Shown piece by piece: positions 5,386-11,402 of a DNA stretch of 11,402 bases. The notes beneath the pieces were generated by a model. That model ran no database searches. It was not told the DNA's origin and saw only the letters and a list, made by a program, of their open reading frames with translations. Source of the DNA: Oligoflexales bacterium (GTDB lineage: Bacteria > Bdellovibrionota_B > Oligoflexia > Oligoflexales > RGVZ01). The stretch is from positions 1-11,402 of the forward strand of contig JBIIGV010000093.1 of the NCBI GenBank assembly GCA_044236265.1. Direction: 5' to 3'. Made by a program: the position numbers and the translations under genes. Numbering within the stretch: position 1 is the first letter of the stretch; each line of letters starts with the position of its first letter.

Positions 5386-8130
5386 ATGTTTTTTAAGCTC
5401 TTCATCATCGCATCAATCACAGCCTGGCTGACTGCCTGTGAAAAGAACGACTGCGAGAAAAGTCCGACGTCCATTCAAATTCGACTGAGTGATGAGGGTG
5501 AGGAGCCTCGGCAAGAAGACTGCGGAGTCAACCTAGACCCCGAGCCTGCAACCGATTCATCCACCACGACTCCGGCGCCGCAATCTCCTCCAGTGTCCCC
5601 AACTCCAACTGTTGTTGTTCTTCCAGATGCTGAAGCGCCGGTGGTTTCGCCCCCGGCCGGGGTCTACACAGTCCCGCAGGCTGTGTCACTTGCTTCAAAT
5701 ACAGCTGACGTTAGTATTTACTACACAACCGATGGCACAAACCCAACGACCGCATCCAACCTTTTCCTTGCGCCAATCTCATTTAGTAATTCTTTAACGC
5801 TGAAAGCCATCGCCGTCAAAAGCGGTTATAACAACTCTTCTGTAAGCACGTTTGAATACACGATAGGACTTGCTCTTCCTGACCCAACGTTCAGCCCCGC
5901 AAGCGGCGCCTTTGGTCCTCCGCAATCCGTAGCCATTAACTCTTCTTACAGCCCAGACTTTATCTACTACACAACCGACGGCACAGATCCAACCACATCC
6001 TCCAGTATTTACACCGTGCCTGTTTACGTATCGTCATCAAAGATAATTAAGGCGTTTGCGGTCAAAGCTGGTTGGGCTGACTCTCAGGTGGCGTCGTCGT
6101 CCTACGTTATTAACGGTGCTGTATCTCCACCATCATTTAGTGTGGCCGCCGGCTCATACGGACCCGCTCAAACGGTCGTCCTCGCGTCGACCACCACCGG
6201 AGCGTTGCTGTATTACACGACGGACGGTTCCACGCCCTCAGCGAGTTCTACGCCCTACTCTGGTCCGATATCGGTAAGCACGTCGCAGACAATTCGCGCG
6301 ATTGCAACCAAACAAGATTACATCGACTCGACAGTCAGCAGCGCGACCTACACGATCAATGGAGCCGTTGCCACTCCTACCTTCAGTGTTGCGGCAGGAG
6401 CTTACGGCCCTGCGCAGACGGTCGCCATCAGCACGACAACCAATGGGGCAACCATTCACTACACCGTTGACGGTTCAACCCCAACAACAAGTTCTGCAGT
6501 TTACAGCTCAGCGCTCACCGTAAGTTCCTCACAGACGATAAGGGCGATCGGCGTAAAGCAATATTTCTCTAATTCATCTGTGGCGTCGGCAGCCTATACG
6601 ATTAACGGCTCTGCTGCAGCGCCAACATTCAGCGTCGCAGCAGGTGCCTATGGTCCGTCTCAAAGCGTTGTTCTGAGTTCTGCAACAACCGGAGCTTCAA
6701 TTCGCTATACACTTGACGGAACGACACCGACAACGTCCTCAACACTTTATACGTCCGCGATTTCGGTCGCTACAAGCCTTACGATCAGAGCAATCGCAAT
6801 CCAAACTGCATACATCAACTCGTCCGTCAGCTCCGCAACCTATACAATCAATGGGGCCGTCGCCACTCCGACCTTCAGTGTGGCGCAAGGTGCTTACTCG
6901 ACAGCAAGGTCCGTTACAATCGCCACGACAACACCCAGTACGACGATTTATTACACAACAAACAATACAACACCGACCACCAGCTCTACCGTTTATACCG
7001 GCCCAGTCAATATTTCAGCCACAACAACGCTTCGGGCCATGGCTACAAGAGCCAACTTCAGCAACTCCGGCATCCAGGTAGCCTCCTACACCATAACAAC
7101 CTATGGCATCATCACAACCGTAGCCGGAACTGGCGTAATCGGATCTAGTGGCGATGGTGCAGTTGCGACGTCGGCTCGACTTTACGGACCATCCGGCGTC
7201 GCTATCGATAGTGCAGGAAATATCTATATTGCCGACACTCAAAATAACAGGATCCGTAGAGTCGCCGTTTCAACCAACATCATTTCCACTTATGCAGGTA
7301 ATGGACTCCCCACTTACTCAGGCGATGGTTCGGCCGCCGTGAATGCGAGTATCCGCTATCCATATGGCCTTGCATTCGATGCCAGCGGGAATCTATATTT
7401 TTCCGATCAATACAATCACCGCGTCCGCAGAATAAACGTAACCACTGGAGTCATCACCACTGTCGCGGGAAACGGGTCTGCAAACTATGATGGAGACGGT
7501 GGCCCAGCGACTTCTGCCAGTTTAAACTTCCCATCAGGTATTGGCTTCAATGCCGCCGGAGAGCTTTTTATAGCCGATCAATCAAATAACAGGATTCGAA
7601 AAATATCCACAAACGGAATTATTTCTACGGTCGCAGGCAGTGGCGAACTTGGATCAAGCGGTGACGGTGCAGCGGCCACAAACGCCAAGCTTGCAAACCC
7701 CACCGGTGTTGCTGTGAGCTCCGATAACAAGCTTTATATCGCCGACTCCCTAAACAATAAAATTCGAGTTGTTAACCTATCCACTGGCACAATCTCGACA
7801 TTCGCTGGAACAGGATCCGCAAACTATACAGGGAATGACGGAATCGCCACCGCAGCAACTCTGAACTCACCTAAAGACGTTAGAGTCGACTCCGCAAACA
7901 ATGTGCTAATTGTGGATCAGTTCAATCATGTCATAAGAATGGTGTCATTTAGCACGGGGACCATAACGACGGTTGTTGGCACTGGAAGTAATGGCTACTC
8001 GGGAAACAATGGATATGCTGTCAATTCAACGCTTGAGTATCCTGTCGCCATGACCCTTGATGGATCCGACGGCATCTACATCGCAGACTTTTATAACAAC
8101 GTCATTAGAAAGGCCCCGCGGGTACCTTAA
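5386..8130 (+). CDS. Lipoprotein with six Fn3-like/chitobiase-beta-hexosaminidase C-terminal repeats and a C-terminal NHL-repeat beta-propeller (adhesin-like)
   Basis: ATG 5386 with AAAGGA upstream; signal peptide MFFKLFIIASITAW-LTAC (lipobox, Cys18); Pro/Thr linker; six repeats with P-x-FS-x-x-x-G-x-Y...IYYTTDG-x-x-PT...IRAIA...S-x-V...YTI; six blades with ITTVAG.G...GDG..A..A.L..P.G.A.D..GN.YIAD..NNRIR. 914 aa. Confidence 0.9.
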   Translation: MFFKLFIIASITAWLTACEKNDCEKSPTSIQIRLSDEGEEPRQEDCGVNLDPEPATDSSTTTPAPQSPPVSPTPTVVVLPDAEAPVVSPPAGVYTVPQAVSLASNTADVSIYYTTDGTNPTTASNLFLAPISFSNSLTLKAIAVKSGYNNSSVSTFEYTIGLALPDPTFSPASGAFGPPQSVAINSSYSPDFIYYTTDGTDPTTSSSIYTVPVYVSSSKIIKAFAVKAGWADSQVASSSYVINGAVSPPSFSVAAGSYGPAQTVVLASTTTGALLYYTTDGSTPSASSTPYSGPISVSTSQTIRAIATKQDYIDSTVSSATYTINGAVATPTFSVAAGAYGPAQTVAISTTTNGATIHYTVDGSTPTTSSAVYSSALTVSSSQTIRAIGVKQYFSNSSVASAAYTINGSAAAPTFSVAAGAYGPSQSVVLSSATTGASIRYTLDGTTPTTSSTLYTSAISVATSLTIRAIAIQTAYINSSVSSATYTINGAVATPTFSVAQGAYSTARSVTIATTTPSTTIYYTTNNTTPTTSSTVYTGPVNISATTTLRAMATRANFSNSGIQVASYTITTYGIITTVAGTGVIGSSGDGAVATSARLYGPSGVAIDSAGNIYIADTQNNRIRRVAVSTNIISTYAGNGLPTYSGDGSAAVNASIRYPYGLAFDASGNLYFSDQYNHRVRRINVTTGVITTVAGNGSANYDGDGGPATSASLNFPSGIGFNAAGELFIADQSNNRIRKISTNGIISTVAGSGELGSSGDGAAATNAKLANPTGVAVSSDNKLYIADSLNNKIRVVNLSTGTISTFAGTGSANYTGNDGIATAATLNSPKDVRVDSANNVLIVDQFNHVIRMVSFSTGTITTVVGTGSNGYSGNNGYAVNSTLEYPVAMTLDGSDGIYIADFYNNVIRKAPRVP
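5626..7101 (+). repeat. Six degenerate tandem 246-bp (82-aa) coding repeats, Fn3-like stalk
   Basis: Units start at 5626, 5872, 6118, 6364, 6610 and 6856, an exact 246-bp period, with recurring YTxDGxxP and YTING motifs. Confidence 0.92.
7105..8127 (+). repeat. Six NHL repeats (56-57 aa each), beta-propeller
   Basis: Blades start at 7105, 7276, 7447, 7615, 7786 and 7957, each with a T(V/Y/F)(A/V)G.G start and a D..N..(I/V)R end. Confidence 0.9.
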
Positions 8131-8260
8131 AGTAGCCTTCTTGATTGGCAATCATTTAAGCAATAATCATACTACAGTGCCTCCTGACCTTGGACGTTTC
8201 ACCAAAAGGTAGCAAAACCGCGCCCTCACCCGTCTTCATCGGCTTTTTAAAATTCACATA

Positions 8261-8288
8261 TTGACTGGGCCACCCAACGATTTACAAT
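8261..8288 (+). promoter_or_regulatory. Sigma70 promoter of guaBA
   Basis: TTGACT (8261-8266), 16-nt spacer, TACAAT (8283-8288); AT-rich UP-like tract TTTTTAAAATT upstream; GGAGG Shine-Dalgarno at 8313-8317. Confidence 0.75.
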
Positions 8289-8310
8289 CGGGCCCATGTT
8301 GCACAACTGA

Positions 8311-9801
<1,491 letters not shown>

Positions 9802-9826
9802 CGCCTCCTAGCCAGGAAGGATATTC

Positions 9827-11402
9827 ATGTCGCCAGTCACTCATACCACACGCCCTCAACCTAATGGCATTCTGGTTCTTGACTACGGCTCGCAATACAC
9901 TCTCTTGATTGCGCGTCGCCTACGAGAGGTTGGCATCTACAGCGAAGTCATCGATGGCAGGGAGAGCCAGCCCCCTGCAGGCTTTAAGATAGACGGTATC
10001 ATCCTTTCAGGGGGGCCTGACTCTGTTTACGAAGACGGAAGTCGCGCGTTGCCGAAATGGGTTTTACCGCTTAACGTACCCATTCTTGGCATCTGCTACG
10101 GCATGCAACTACTTGTCGAACAAGCGGGAGGGCATGTTCGCGCGGCGACAAAACGTGAATATGGTCATGCAGTAATGCATACAAAAAAATCCAGCGGCCC
10201 AGCGGCCTGTCTTTTTCCACCAATACCCGTCAAGCAAACTGTATGGATGAGTCATGGTGATGACATCGCCAAAATTCCAGACGAATTTGACATCTCAGGG
10301 GAAACAGACGATCACGTGGTCGCTGCCATTACACACAAAACCAAGCCCATTGCTGCCCTTCAGTACCATCCTGAAGTTGCGCACTCAGAACATGGGCTGG
10401 ATCTTTTAAAAACATTTGCCACCAAACTCTGTCATCTGCCTCTGTCGTGGGACGGAAAGTCCAGAGTTGATTCGTTGTGTAAGCATATCCGCGACGTTGT
10501 TGGTAGCGGGCATGTTCTTGTTGCTTGCAGCGGCGGGGTCGATTCAACTGTGACAGCGGCGTTACTTCTGAAAGCATTGGGACCCGATCAGGTTACAGCG
10601 GTCTTCTGTGACACAGGCCTTCTGCGCAAGCACGAAGTTGAATGGGTATCAGAAAAGCTAAAAGTACTGGGCCTCCGGCACCTTGAAATTTTGCGCAGTT
10701 CAGCGCTCTTTTTTGAACGCTTGAAGGGAGTCACCGAGCCCGAGCAAAAACGGAAAATCATCGGTGGACTTTTCATCGAGGAGTTTGAACGCTACGCCAA
10801 AAAGCATCCCGAATTTACCCATCTTGGGCAAGGGACCCTGTATCCAGATGTGATCGAGTCAGCAGGGCACGGCGCCGGCTCTAAAGTCATCAAAAGCCAT
10901 CACAACGTGGGCGGCCTACCAGATCGACTGGCACTTAAGCTCGTTGAGCCATTTCGTTGGCTATTCAAGGATGAAGTGCGCACGATCGGCTTGGAACTCG
11001 GGCTTCCGGAGGAGTTGATTCAACGTCACCCCTTCCCAGGGCCAGGTCTTGCAGTGCGAATCATCGGAGACGTCACGCCCGAGCGCGTTGCGATGCTTCA
11101 AGAAGCCGACCATATATTCATTTCAGCTTTGCGTGAACATGGGCTCTACCACGTTCCATGGCAAGCTTTTGCTGTTTTACTGCCGGTAAAAAGCGTTGGC
11201 GTCATGGGTGATAATCGAACCTACCAACAGACTATCGCACTCCGAGCGGTTACATCCAGCGACGGCATGACAGCGGGCGTTGCTGACCTGCCGCTTAGTT
11301 TCTTAACCCGCGTCTCTGACATGATAGTCCGTCGCGTTCAAGGGATTAACCGAGTCGTTTTTGATATTACGACCAAACCGCCAGCGACGATTGAATGGGA
11401 AT
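9827..11402 (+). CDS. guaA: GMP synthase (glutamine-hydrolysing); only the stop codon is cut by the window edge
   Basis: Manual translation from ATG 9827 (AGGAAGGA upstream): ILVLDYGSQY, ILSGGP, LGICYGMQ, WMSHGD, QYHPEV, SGGVDS, QGTLYPDVIES, IKSHHNVGGLP, RHPFPGPGL, ending KPPATIEWE at 11401 followed by T. 525 aa, 25 nt downstream of guaB. Confidence 0.98.
   Translation, partial: MSPVTHTTRPQPNGILVLDYGSQYTLLIARRLREVGIYSEVIDGRESQPPAGFKIDGIILSGGPDSVYEDGSRALPKWVLPLNVPILGICYGMQLLVEQAGGHVRAATKREYGHAVMHTKKSSGPAACLFPPIPVKQTVWMSHGDDIAKIPDEFDISGETDDHVVAAITHKTKPIAALQYHPEVAHSEHGLDLLKTFATKLCHLPLSWDGKSRVDSLCKHIRDVVGSGHVLVACSGGVDSTVTAALLLKALGPDQVTAVFCDTGLLRKHEVEWVSEKLKVLGLRHLEILRSSALFFERLKGVTEPEQKRKIIGGLFIEEFERYAKKHPEFTHLGQGTLYPDVIESAGHGAGSKVIKSHHNVGGLPDRLALKLVEPFRWLFKDEVRTIGLELGLPEELIQRHPFPGPGLAVRIIGDVTPERVAMLQEADHIFISALREHGLYHVPWQAFAVLLPVKSVGVMGDNRTYQQTIALRAVTSSDGMTAGVADLPLSFLTRVSDMIVRRVQGINRVVFDITTKPPATIEWE

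Noticed and set aside
5626..8127. Repeats read as a CRISPR array, DGR template/variable pair or RHS/teneurin toxin
   Set aside because: They are degenerate in-frame coding repeats with no spacers, reverse transcriptase or adenine-specific mismatches, and no YD repeats or toxin domain follow the NHL propeller.
8160..8230. Possible purine riboswitch upstream of guaB (GTTTC core), also sought upstream of ade
   Set aside because: Lacks the TATGG, GTTTCTAC and CCGTAAA/GACTA elements in order, and lies upstream of the apparent promoter.
10183..10189. A7 tract in guaA (also G6 near 10010) as a frameshift or phase-variation site
   Set aside because: The reading frame is intact through both, and such short runs are common.

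Overview
Bacterial chromosomal window with no mobile elements, CRISPR arrays or rRNA/tRNA genes that I can see. Left to right: a cysteine-dioxygenase-family cupin gene cut by the left edge (minus strand, absent from the ORF track) tightly coupled downstream of adenine deaminase (ade); a divergent eukaryote/archaeal-type prolyl-tRNA synthetase (proS); a convergent hypothetical exported protein with outer-membrane beta-barrel hallmarks; a divergent 914-aa lipoprotein built from six 82-aa Fn3-like (chitobiase/beta-hexosaminidase C-terminal type) repeats and a six-bladed NHL beta-propeller; and guaB-guaA with a clear sigma70 promoter (guaA also absent from the ORF track, with only its stop codon cut off). 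Most of the window is housekeeping and purine metabolism. The best candidates for undescribed biology are the barrel/adhesin-like lipoprotein pair with its structured intergenic region, and the ade-thiol dioxygenase coupling. Both are hypotheses from sequence inspection only.
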